Origin: Deltaproteobacteria bacterium
Lineage (GTDB): Bacteria; Desulfobacterota; WTBG01
Direction of reading: 5' to 3'
NCBI GenBank assembly: GCA_013139225.1
Contig: WTBG01000232.1
Coordinates: 1 to 24,852 of the forward strand
DNA length: 24,852 nucleotides
In this document: piece after piece, positions 8,786 through 17,696 of the stretch
How positions within the stretch are numbered: the first letter of the stretch is position 1
Layout: the number at the start of each line of letters is the position of its first letter
Translations under genes and position numbers: made by a program
The notes under the pieces: model-generated
The model's input: only the letters and a program-made list of their open reading frames with translations
Told to the model about the DNA's origin: nothing
Database searches by the model: none

Positions 8786-10150
8786 TTAATTCCCCTTAAG
8801 GATCTGGACAACAGTTTCTATCACTTCAGATGCCTCAGGGCTTTTAATCACTACTGCATCCGCCCCGGCATTGAGTGCACTCTTTCTGGTTTCAGGTTGT
8901 TTGTCGGCTGTAAACAGGATCAATTTTATTCCCTGGCAGTCTTCATTTTTGCGCACACCCTGGCATATCTCAATCCCTGACATAACAGGAAGCATAAAAT
9001 CAATAACCGCTGCTACAGGTTTCTCTCGAATTATGAGATCCAACCCTTCACGTCCATCAGCCGCAGTCATGGGATGAAAACCCGCTTTTTGAAAAAGACG
9101 GGTATAAAGTCTCAGGATAACAGGGTTATCATCAATGATGACTAATTTTTGAGGTTTCAGTTGATGATTTTCCAATTGGTTCTTTTCATCCTGTCGCTCA
9201 TCAATTACTAAAAGCATATCCGTGCTTTCAAGCTTTGTCTCTAGGTCTGGGAAGATGAAGTCACGTCCGTTCCTGCGAAGACCAACAACCTCTCTCCCCA
9301 TTTTCCCCGATACTTCGCTTATTGTCTCACCCAACACACTCAATTTATCCTGGACCTTGATCCACTGGGGAGCAGCGTTGGTTCCAATAGATGATTTAGA
9401 CAACTCTGTCTGCTTTCCCGTGGCTGCAAGTATATCATCTGCAATCTGTTTTCCTGCTGTGGCAAAAGGTGAAATAACACTGTCCGCTCCTGCTTGTAAA
9501 ATCTTTTTCTCCGAAGAAGCCTCTTCAGCTCTTGCAATAATGTGGAGAGTGGGGTTTAGCTCTCGAGTAGTAAGAACTATGAACAGATTATCTGGATCAG
9601 AATTGAGAAGAGCTAGCAGACCTCTGGCCGACTTTACACCTGCTTCCAGCAGTACATTTTCATGTGTTGCATCTCCTTCAACATAACAATAGCCCTTTCC
9701 CCGAACTTCCTGTAACTGTGTGGGATTAGTCTCAATGATGACAAAATCAGAACCCGCCGTTTTAAGATGCTCCGTCGCGGCCGCACCTACTCTTCCAAAC
9801 CCGCAGATAATGTAGTGAGATTTTAAAAGTGATATATGTTTTTTCATTTTTTTTATCTCCGATCTACCTTCCTGAACCCTTTCAAGGAGTGATTCTACTA
9901 AGGCATGCCCTGCAAATGCAAGGCTTCCAAAACCTATTAAGATAAGAAATATTGTAAACCCACGCCCCACCCCCGACAATGGCTTCACTTCTCCGAAACC
10001 CACTGTTGTGATGGTAATAATTGACATGTAGAGCCCCTCAAACAAGGTATACCCTTCTATCAGCATATATCCTGAGGTGCCGATCGCAATAATAGCCAGG
10101 CATAATATTAGAGCGATCACAATCCTATTATTATAAAACATATTTAACAC
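8786..10150 (-). CDS. 2TM potassium channel with RCK (TrkA-N/TrkA-C) domain and C-terminal receiver domain
   Basis: TTVGFG selectivity filter (9992-10006) between two TM helices; ICGFGRVG Rossmann motif; REC with IIDD, IDFMLP, LFTA and VIKS. Confidence 0.9.
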   Translation of the reverse strand: MLNMFYNNRIVIALILCLAIIAIGTSGYMLIEGYTLFEGLYMSIITITTVGFGEVKPLSGVGRGFTIFLILIGFGSLAFAGHALVESLLERVQEGRSEIKKMKKHISLLKSHYIICGFGRVGAAATEHLKTAGSDFVIIETNPTQLQEVRGKGYCYVEGDATHENVLLEAGVKSARGLLALLNSDPDNLFIVLTTRELNPTLHIIARAEEASSEKKILQAGADSVISPFATAGKQIADDILAATGKQTELSKSSIGTNAAPQWIKVQDKLSVLGETISEVSGKMGREVVGLRRNGRDFIFPDLETKLESTDMLLVIDERQDEKNQLENHQLKPQKLVIIDDNPVILRLYTRLFQKAGFHPMTAADGREGLDLIIREKPVAAVIDFMLPVMSGIEICQGVRKNEDCQGIKLILFTADKQPETRKSALNAGADAVVIKSPEASEVIETVVQILKGN

Positions 10151-10171
10151 TCGCCAAAACGTCTTTCATTT

Positions 10172-11149
10172 TTATTTATTGACGTACATAGTCTTCTTAT
10201 TTATTAAACTTGTTTCGTTCATCCCTTCACCAGCAATCCTGTTCCTACCTGCTTCCTTCGCTTCATAGAGACATTTGTCTGCCTTCTCTATTAGCAACTT
10301 GGCTAAAACTTCTTCCCCATCAATGCCATGCCCAAAACCGCTTATGCCAAAGCTGGCAGTAATCTTTATCTCTTCTCCTTCCAGCGGAATCACCATCTCA
10401 GATATAAGACAACGAATCCTTTCCACCACCTTCCATGCTTTATCTAAATCTGTTTCCGGCAGGACAAGGATAAACTCATCACCACCATACCTGGCCAGCC
10501 AGTCAACGCCTTCACGAATAGTACTCATGATGCACCTTACATATTCCTGCAAAACCAGGTCACCTGCTTGATGGCCGTATGTATCGTTGATTTTTTTGAA
10601 ATGATCGACATCGATCATCACAATGTGTAGGGAGTGTTTGTAACGTTTACTTCTCTTGATCTCCTTGGATAGATGTTCCATCAAGTAGCCGCGATTGTAG
10701 CACTTGGTGAGTGGGTCAGTTATAGAAAACTTCTTTATTTCATCGCAGGCATTGGACAAAGATCTTTCTAAATTCAAAAAGCGTTCCCCGGCTTTCATAC
10801 GTGCCACAAGTTCAGCCTGGTTAAACGGTTTGGTAAGATAATCATCAGCCCCGGCATCCAATCCAGCAATAATATCACATTTTTCAGCTCTGGCGGTAAG
10901 CAGCACAACAAAGACATAACCTGGGAATTTCTGTTTCCGTATAGCTCGACATAATTCAAGGCCATCCATCACGGGCATCATCCAATCCGTTATGACTATG
11001 GGATAATAATTCTTTGTTAAGCTCTCCAGTGCCTCTCGACCATTGCTGGTAGATACAACCTTTCTTCCAGCTTTCACCAGGTTCTTTTCCAGCATTCTCC
11101 TGCTAACAGGGTCATCTTCAGCTATTAATATAGGGAATGAATTATCCAT
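10172..11149 (-). CDS. Response regulator diguanylate cyclase (REC-GGDEF)
   Basis: REC: AEDD, TDWMMP, LTA, KP. GGDEF domain: TDPLT, DVDHFKKIND, RYGGDEF, TASFG. Confidence 0.95.
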   Translation of the reverse strand: MDNSFPILIAEDDPVSRRMLEKNLVKAGRKVVSTSNGREALESLTKNYYPIVITDWMMPVMDGLELCRAIRKQKFPGYVFVVLLTARAEKCDIIAGLDAGADDYLTKPFNQAELVARMKAGERFLNLERSLSNACDEIKKFSITDPLTKCYNRGYLMEHLSKEIKRSKRYKHSLHIVMIDVDHFKKINDTYGHQAGDLVLQEYVRCIMSTIREGVDWLARYGGDEFILVLPETDLDKAWKVVERIRCLISEMVIPLEGEEIKITASFGISGFGHGIDGEEVLAKLLIEKADKCLYEAKEAGRNRIAGEGMNETSLINKKTMYVNK

Positions 11150-11469
11150 TAAATTACCCTTATCTCTCCTGCTATTTGGTCACATTGCTCTTTAATGAAT
11201 TCAGCCGCTTTGGCAGCCCCTTCCAATCCATTCTGCCGGGCTTTTTCTTCAACCCCTTTCGCTATCTCAAATATTTTCTCCAATCCAAGATTCGCGGAAG
11301 ATCCCTTTATGGAATGTGATGATGCAACTACTTCTTGGGTATCGCCCGTGTCAATTCCTGTCCTCAGTTTGTCAAGATTCGACTCCGTCGTTTCTAAAAA
11401 GAGCTCAAGCAACTCAAGGTATTCATCCTCTTCCAAACCTAAATTTTCTGCTAATCCTTTAACATCCAT
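11149..11469 (-). CDS. Stand-alone Hpt phosphotransfer protein
   Basis: SHSIKGSSANLG motif; stop overlaps the DGC start (TAATG), suggesting translational coupling. Confidence 0.93.
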   Translation of the reverse strand: MDVKGLAENLGLEEDEYLELLELFLETTESNLDKLRTGIDTGDTQEVVASSHSIKGSSANLGLEKIFEIAKGVEEKARQNGLEGAAKAAEFIKEQCDQIAGEIRVI

Positions 11470-11497
11470 GGCCCTCTCCTTTTTTAGATTTCTAAAT

Positions 11498-13828
11498 TCA
11501 ACTCTTCACCCATTTCTCCACCATATCAAATACGACTTCTCTCTTAATCGGTTTGGGGATATAATCATCCATTCCTGCCTCAAGGCATTTCTCCCTGTCA
11601 CCTTCCATGGTGTTGGCAGTCATAGCGATGATAGGAATCCTAATGATTTCGGATTTCGGATTTCGGATTTCGGATTGTTCTGCATTCGGATCATTCCATA
11701 ATCCGCATTCCAAATTCCGAATTAGTTTTGTAGCCTCCAGCCCATCCATCACCGGCATCTGCATATCCATAAAAACAAAACTGTATCTTCCTGTTTCACT
11801 TTTTCCCATCCCTTCTTTCCTTACTTCTTTCCCCTCGCATCCATTCACAGACTTTTTATACATTTCCACTGCTTCCTGACCATTGTTTGCTATCTCCACC
11901 TGGTAACCAGCCTTAGTCAGCATTTTTGAGGCAAGCTTCTGGTTGACTGGATTGTCCTCAACCAGCAAAATCCGCACCGATTGCTTAATCCCTTCGTTCA
12001 ATGTAAGCTGAGTGGATATCTCCTGTTTCCCCCCTTCTGCTAAACCATGAGTGGTCTTACCGATCTTAATACTACTTCCTCCTACCTTCTTACCCAACAA
12101 CCGTTCCATCATATCAAGGAGTTTTTCTCGGCGAATAGGTTTGAGCAAAAACCCGTCAAATCCTGCTTCCCTGCTCTTTTTAGTACCATCAATTGTAGAA
12201 GAGGAGAAAGCCAACAACGGGAGATCTCTTAGCTTTTCATTCTGACGAAATCTTCTGGCAACCTCATATCCACTCATCACTGGCATTTGTATATCTAGAA
12301 CACCTAAGTCAAAGGAATCTCCCTTGCTCAAAGCAGAAAGTGCAGCATCTTCCACCTTCTCTGCCTCAGATACCAGCTCCACCCGTGCTCCTGCAGAATC
12401 TAACAGGTGACCTAAAATAAACAGGTTGGTCTGATTATCATCTGCAACAAGCACCTTCTTCCCCTCAAGGGAAGCACGACAATCCTTTACGGAAGGTTTC
12501 TTGTCAGATTTTTTCAGCCAGGTGGTGAAATGAAAAATACTGCCAGGACCACCGATTTTGGATTTTGGATTTTGTATTGCGGATAGTGGACTTTGGATTT
12601 TAGATTTGCCATTTTCTACTCCGCAATCTGCTTCCCGCATTCCCCAATCAGCCGGGCTTTCTGCCCATACATCTCCACCCATAGCATTGGATATTCGTTT
12701 GCAGATGGCGAGACCAAGACCTGTACCCCCATACTCACGGGTAGTAGAACCATCGGCCTGTTTAAACATTTCAAAAACACCTTCCAACTTGTCTTTGGGA
12801 ATACCAATGCCGGTATCTCTCACCCTTGCGTGTAACTTGATCCTATCCTCATCTTCTTCTTCAATTTTAAGGGAAAGCTCAATCTCTCCTTGACTTGTAA
12901 ATTTAGTGGCATTGCCTATCAGGTTAACAAGCACCTGGCGGAACTTTGCGGGATCTCCCTCTACATACGAAGGGATATCGTCATCTATGTGGCACAAGAG
13001 CTCTACTGGTTTCCCTTCCACCTTGGATCTGATTAAATCACACACATCGTAGGCCAGAAGTTCAGGATCAAAGTCAATCTCCTCAAGAGTCATCTTTCCA
13101 GCTTCAATCTTGGAAATGTCAAGTATGTCATTGATCAGATAGACAAGTGCCTCTCCACTTCTCTTTACAGTCTGAACGTAATCTATCTGCTCATCATCAA
13201 GCTCGGTTTCTAAAAGCATATCGGTAAAACCGATTACTGCATTCATGGGGGTGCGGATCTCATGGCTCATGTTCGCCAGAAACTCACTCTTGGAACGGGT
13301 GGCATCTTCCGCTTTTTTCTTCGCCTTTTTCAATGCCTCAAACATTTTTTTTCGTTCAGTGATATCCCAACCTACACTTACCATTCCATTTTTATTCTCA
13401 TATTTATCATAAACCATGGCTGTGCTCATCTCCATAGGTACGAGCTTCCCACACTTCTGAAGAAGATAGGTTTCATACTGGCTTCGCTCTCCTTGAGATA
13501 TTCTTGTTTGTATTTCTTCATAATCTGCTAAAAACTCGTCATCTATTACCACCGTCTCTCCCGTAGTGGAGATATAATCTCCGGGTGTCACCTGGGTAAT
13601 ATCGGCTAATCTTTTACCTAATAGCTCTTCGATGGAATATCCCAAAATATCCACTAAGGCAGCGTTCATGCGTATAATGTTACCGTCAATATTTGTTACT
13701 ATTACGCATTCTCTGGATGTCTGCATGATGTTTTCAAGATAATTTTCTATCTCTTCCAATCTTCTTTCCAGTTGAGTGATTTCCCACTCTGCTCTCTCCA
13801 TTGAATGTTCTTCTTTTTCTAACATCAC
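11498..13828 (-). CDS. Cytoplasmic hybrid histidine kinase PAS-HisKA-HATPase-REC-REC with repeat-derived loop inserts
   Basis: H-box [10 protein letters not shown]-box [22 protein letters not shown]; two complete REC domains; no TM segment. Confidence 0.95.
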   Translation of the reverse strand: MMLEKEEHSMERAEWEITQLERRLEEIENYLENIMQTSRECVIVTNIDGNIIRMNAALVDILGYSIEELLGKRLADITQVTPGDYISTTGETVVIDDEFLADYEEIQTRISQGERSQYETYLLQKCGKLVPMEMSTAMVYDKYENKNGMVSVGWDITERKKMFEALKKAKKKAEDATRSKSEFLANMSHEIRTPMNAVIGFTDMLLETELDDEQIDYVQTVKRSGEALVYLINDILDISKIEAGKMTLEEIDFDPELLAYDVCDLIRSKVEGKPVELLCHIDDDIPSYVEGDPAKFRQVLVNLIGNATKFTSQGEIELSLKIEEEDEDRIKLHARVRDTGIGIPKDKLEGVFEMFKQADGSTTREYGGTGLGLAICKRISNAMGGDVWAESPADWGMREADCGVENGKSKIQSPLSAIQNPKSKIGGPGSIFHFTTWLKKSDKKPSVKDCRASLEGKKVLVADDNQTNLFILGHLLDSAGARVELVSEAEKVEDAALSALSKGDSFDLGVLDIQMPVMSGYEVARRFRQNEKLRDLPLLAFSSSTIDGTKKSREAGFDGFLLKPIRREKLLDMMERLLGKKVGGSSIKIGKTTHGLAEGGKQEISTQLTLNEGIKQSVRILLVEDNPVNQKLASKMLTKAGYQVEIANNGQEAVEMYKKSVNGCEGKEVRKEGMGKSETGRYSFVFMDMQMPVMDGLEATKLIRNLECGLWNDPNAEQSEIRNPKSEIIRIPIIAMTANTMEGDREKCLEAGMDDYIPKPIKREVVFDMVEKWVKS
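11645..11723. repeat. In-frame 7-nt-periodic inverted-repeat element (insert A)
   Basis: (GATTTCG)x4 at 11645-11672 and opposite-sense heptamers TTCCATA-ATCCGCA-TTCCAAA-TTCCGAA at 11694-11721; encodes ...[11 protein letters not shown]. Confidence 0.85.
11789..11862. repeat. In-frame purine-rich (minus strand) low-complexity insert C in the distal REC domain
   Basis: CTTCTTTCC at 11812 and 11824; encodes [21 protein letters not shown] where REC domains normally have a short loop. Boundaries approximate. Confidence 0.5.
12554..12651. repeat. In-frame 7-nt-periodic inverted-repeat element (insert B)
   Basis: 14 consecutive heptamers in one register: GATTTTGx3, TATTGCG, GATAGTG, GACTTTG, GATTTTA, GATTTGC, then opposite-sense units (CAATCTG, CATTCCC, CAATCAG). 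Confidence 0.85.
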
Positions 13829-13881
13829 TTTATTCCTCTTATTTTTTAAAACTTATACAGTAGAATAAACAATTCACATGT

Positions 13882-14742
13882 TTATTTATTTTTATTAATC
13901 CCGAAGAACTCTTTTGCTTCATCTACTTCAGATCGCAAGTTTCCTATCACCTTTTCCCTGGCCTCATCAGTTAATCCAATTTCTTTACAGACATCTTCTG
14001 TTTTTTCATGGTTTCTATTCCCATCAGACCATCCTATCCCCTCTACTCTACACAATTGATCTGCAACATAGATCGTTTTCACGGCTTTGACGGATTCACC
14101 TAAACTCTGGTTTGAAGGTGCATGATGATTTTTAACACAAGCTCTCAAAACGGGGGGGAACCTGTTTTCTCTGGCAAACCACTCACCTACCTCAGCATGG
14201 GAAGTACCAAATACCTTATTCTCAGATTGATAAATCTCCTCTACACCTCCTTCTACCTCCTCTAAAACCTTCCTATATTCTTCAGGAAAGCTATCAGATA
14301 GGATTATTTTCCCAATATCATGCAATAGACCAGCAGCCAGTAATTCCTCTGGACAAGGATATTCAATCTCCTTCCCAATAGATCTGGCTCCTACACCAAC
14401 CCCCAGAGAGTGCTCCCAAAACTTTTCCATATCCAAAACAGAAACCGTCCCATTTCTTGACATTTTTGCAATAGAAAAACCCATTGCGAGATTTTTTACA
14501 GCATTGAAACCCATAATAACCACGGCATGTTTTAAGCTGGAAATACGCCCGGAAAACCCATAAAAAGGAGAATTTACTTGTTTCAAAATCTGGCTGGCTA
14601 ATGATTGATCACCTTCTATAATTTTACCCACATCTTTTGCTTGCGATTTCGAATCATCAAATACCTCCAGCAATTTTGTGGTGATCTGCGGAAGAGCAGG
14701 TAGATTCTTCGCCTTTTTAACAATCACTTCAAGGTCTGCCAT
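13882..14742 (-). CDS. HDOD domain protein
   Basis: LPALPQI, DQSLASQILKQVNSPFYG, AVVIMG, FWEHS, AGLLHDIGK, HAEVG, HH motifs. Confidence 0.93.
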   Translation of the reverse strand: MADLEVIVKKAKNLPALPQITTKLLEVFDDSKSQAKDVGKIIEGDQSLASQILKQVNSPFYGFSGRISSLKHAVVIMGFNAVKNLAMGFSIAKMSRNGTVSVLDMEKFWEHSLGVGVGARSIGKEIEYPCPEELLAAGLLHDIGKIILSDSFPEEYRKVLEEVEGGVEEIYQSENKVFGTSHAEVGEWFARENRFPPVLRACVKNHHAPSNQSLGESVKAVKTIYVADQLCRVEGIGWSDGNRNHEKTEDVCKEIGLTDEAREKVIGNLRSEVDEAKEFFGINKNK

Positions 14743-14825
14743 CGTTCCCCCCTTTTCTTCTCATGCCAATTACAGTTCTTTGAAAAAAATATCAAAAAAT
14801 ATTTAACCATAATCTTTAGCTTCGC

Positions 14826-17525
14826 TTAAGCAATTGGAGCACCGTCCTCCATCATCTCTTTAACTGACCCTAATATTTGATTCATTTGAAAAGGTTTGTT
14901 AATCACTAAATCTACTCCGCACTTTTTCAACTCGTTATTGTTCAGATCCACTTCCCATCCGGTAACCAAGGCCACTTTTGTCTTTCCATTCATCTTTTTT
15001 ATTTCCTCTGCTACCTGCCAGCCAGACATTCCAGGCATTCCCAGATCGGTAAAAACCAGGTTAAACTTCTTTTCCTGAAAGAGCTTTATGCCTTTTTTAC
15101 CATTTGGCGCCACCTCAACCTTATAACCACCATCCTCTAAAATATCCTTAAGGATGGTTCGTACACCTTCCTCATCCTCAACAACTAAAATGCTGGTTCC
15201 ATTTTGTTCGTTTGCAATCGGTTTCTTTTTTTCTTTAATAACCTTTTCAGGTCTAGGAAATTTGATGGAAAAGGTGGTCCCCTGACCTTCAACACTATCT
15301 ACCGTGATTGTCCCCCGATGACGATTGATGATCCCATAGGAGGCACTCATACCCAACCCTGTTGACTGCACACCTTTGGTGGTAAAAAAAGGATCAAATA
15401 TTTTATCTTTTATATCTTTGGGAATACCGATACCGCTGTCCTTAACCAAAACCACCACATGGCTATTCTCCACGAAGGTCTTTATGGAAATCTGCCCCCC
15501 TTTAGGCATGGCATCAAGGGCATTATTCATAATGTTGATAAACACTTCCCTGAGTTCAGAACCGCTTCCTTCAATGGGAAAAATGAGAGAAAGTTCTTTT
15601 TGGATATTTATTTTTATTCCCTTCGCCCCGGCTTCATCTTTCCATCTCACTTTAGTAAATTCCAAGGTGTGTTCAATAACCTCATTCAGGTCAACACCGG
15701 TAAAGTTTTTATCATCACCCCTTTTTCGGGAGAATTCCTGAATCCTGCGCACAGTATCAACTCCATCGAAGGCAGCCTTTTCGATGATTGCCAAACTTTT
15801 TTTCAGATCATCTATCGATTTTCTTCGTTCCTGCTTCCCTATCAATGTCTCAAAACTCCTTCCTAAAAGCTGTGTCCTGCCAAGGATAACAGCTAATGTA
15901 TTATTAAAATTATGAGCCACTCCTCCTGCCAACTCTCCCAGTGACCTCAATTTTTCAGATTGTAGGAGTTTATCTTCCATCTCCTTCCTGGAGGTGATAT
16001 CACGTACGAAAGAAGTAAAAACATGTTCCCCATTTATTTCTAAACCAAAGACGGAAGTTTCTACAGGGAATTCTCTTCCGTCTTTTCTAAATCCTTTCGT
16101 CTCCACGGTCCTTCCTATTACCTTTGATGCTTTGACTTCTTTAAATTTTTCCATTGCCTCTTTCTGTTTTTCCCTATACTGTGGGGGTACTAACAAAAGT
16201 ACAGATTTCCCCAATATTTCCTCACGATCATAACCATACATTTCTTCGGCTTTCTTATTAAACGTCACTATCACCCCTTCTTCATTCACAGAAATAATCG
16301 CATCAATAGCATTCTCTATTAAACTGTGATATCTCTCTTCTGAATCCTTTATCTCTTCACCTGCTCTCTTTCTATCAGTTATATCTCTGATACTCGCCAT
16401 TGCTCCTGTAGTATTGCCTTCTGCATCCTTTAATATTGAAAGGTTCAATTCGACATGAAATAAATTCCCATCTTTTCTCTTCCACACCTGTTCTACACCT
16501 GTCATTCTCTCCTTTATCTTCAGTTTCTTTATTATTCTAACTGCTTTTTCATGGTCTTTATCATCTAGCGGCATCAATTCCCATATGTTTTTCCCCACTA
16601 TTTCGTCTTTGCTGTATTCAAGCATCTTCTCTACGGCACTGTTAATCTGAACGATGCAGCCAGAAGTGTCAGTTATCACAATTCCATCTACCGAAGTCTC
16701 AAGGATGCGCCGCAATTCCAGTGTGCGATCTTCTAGAAGCTTCTCCACTCTTAAAAGTGACCATTCCCTTCTAATCTTTTCACAAAGATCAATAAGATAT
16801 CCTATTTTAAAAGGCTTACGTACAAACGCATCAGCCCCCATTTTGGTAACCTTCATAGCTAACTCTGGGTTTGCATCACCCGTTGTAACTAAGACTGCCG
16901 CCTGGCTCTGTGGTAATTTAAACGCAGTAAGAAGTTCAGCCCCATCATGTTCGGGTAGATGATAGTCAAGAATGACGACTTCGGGATTAACTTCCTCGAA
17001 CAGGCTATAAGCCTGATTTCCATTGGAAGCCTCGAAAACCGAATAGCCATACTCTCTCAACCCTTCGCAGATTGTTCCCCTCAAACTTTCACTATCTTCC
17101 ACAACCAGTACTCTTAACTCTCTCTGCTCGACCTTTCCCAACAATATATTCTCTATGGTAGACCTCAAAATCTCGGGGTTGTAAGGAACTGAAATAAAAC
17201 CATTAGCACCCAGTTCCCGTGTAATCTCTTCGGCATCGCTCCCGCTGAAAGTAGCTGACATAACCAAAATGGGTATCTTGTTAAAGTCAGAGAATTCTAT
17301 AGATCGTAGCAACCTGCATAATTTCCAGCCATCTATTCCAGGCATGTAGAGATCAGTGATAATCATGTCAACTGATTCTATCTCTCTTAGTTTCCTTAGA
17401 GCCTCCTCCCCTTCCGCACAAGTAATAGCTTCTTTACCACTCTTCTCAAGATGCTTTGCTAAAATCCGAAGCTGCACTGGATCATCGTTGACTATAAGAA
17501 TCCTATTTTTAAGTATCTTTTTCAT
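14826..17525 (-). CDS. Cytoplasmic hybrid histidine kinase REC-REC-PAS-PAS-HisKA-HATPase-REC (atypical H-box)
   Basis: AHNFNN H-box, NIMNNALDAM, DSGIG, FDPFFTTK, GLGMS; two PAS domains ending RDIT; three REC domains. Confidence 0.94.
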   Translation of the reverse strand: MKKILKNRILIVNDDPVQLRILAKHLEKSGKEAITCAEGEEALRKLREIESVDMIITDLYMPGIDGWKLCRLLRSIEFSDFNKIPILVMSATFSGSDAEEITRELGANGFISVPYNPEILRSTIENILLGKVEQRELRVLVVEDSESLRGTICEGLREYGYSVFEASNGNQAYSLFEEVNPEVVILDYHLPEHDGAELLTAFKLPQSQAAVLVTTGDANPELAMKVTKMGADAFVRKPFKIGYLIDLCEKIRREWSLLRVEKLLEDRTLELRRILETSVDGIVITDTSGCIVQINSAVEKMLEYSKDEIVGKNIWELMPLDDKDHEKAVRIIKKLKIKERMTGVEQVWKRKDGNLFHVELNLSILKDAEGNTTGAMASIRDITDRKRAGEEIKDSEERYHSLIENAIDAIISVNEEGVIVTFNKKAEEMYGYDREEILGKSVLLLVPPQYREKQKEAMEKFKEVKASKVIGRTVETKGFRKDGREFPVETSVFGLEINGEHVFTSFVRDITSRKEMEDKLLQSEKLRSLGELAGGVAHNFNNTLAVILGRTQLLGRSFETLIGKQERRKSIDDLKKSLAIIEKAAFDGVDTVRRIQEFSRKRGDDKNFTGVDLNEVIEHTLEFTKVRWKDEAGAKGIKINIQKELSLIFPIEGSGSELREVFINIMNNALDAMPKGGQISIKTFVENSHVVVLVKDSGIGIPKDIKDKIFDPFFTTKGVQSTGLGMSASYGIINRHRGTITVDSVEGQGTTFSIKFPRPEKVIKEKKKPIANEQNGTSILVVEDEEGVRTILKDILEDGGYKVEVAPNGKKGIKLFQEKKFNLVFTDLGMPGMSGWQVAEEIKKMNGKTKVALVTGWEVDLNNNELKKCGVDLVINKPFQMNQILGSVKEMMEDGAPIA

Positions 17526-17669
17526 AAAAACCCTTCAATCTAAGTATTGTTTAAATAAAATGGTATATTCAAACTTAACCCAATTAACTTCTATACAAAT
17601 TCTTCCCCATATCGAGAATTTATTTATATACAATCCTTCTTAATTCTTTATATTCTACTACTTCAAAGA

Positions 17670-17696
17670 ATATCGGAATATATTAATAAGACTTTA
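17670..17696 (-). promoter_or_regulatory. Putative sigma28 (FliA)-type promoter of the signalling cluster
   Basis: Minus strand TAAAGTCT...TCCGATAT with TAAA-N15 spacing, versus consensus TAAAGTTT-N11-GCCGATAA. Confidence 0.5.

Noticed and set aside
7642-8786. Genomic island or prophage integrated at the ssrA 3' end
   Set aside because: No integrase and no duplicated tmRNA 3' end in the window; CCGCTCCACCA near 19040 is a short partial match inside the MFS coding sequence.
11645-12651. CRISPR array
   Set aside because: Units are 7 nt, tandem, have no spacers and lie inside a CDS; no cas genes.
11195-12893. Plus-strand ORFs with FGFRISDFG / [15 protein letters not shown] peptides
   Set aside because: Antisense shadows of the kinase and Hpt, kept open by heptamer repeats; no independent domain signal.
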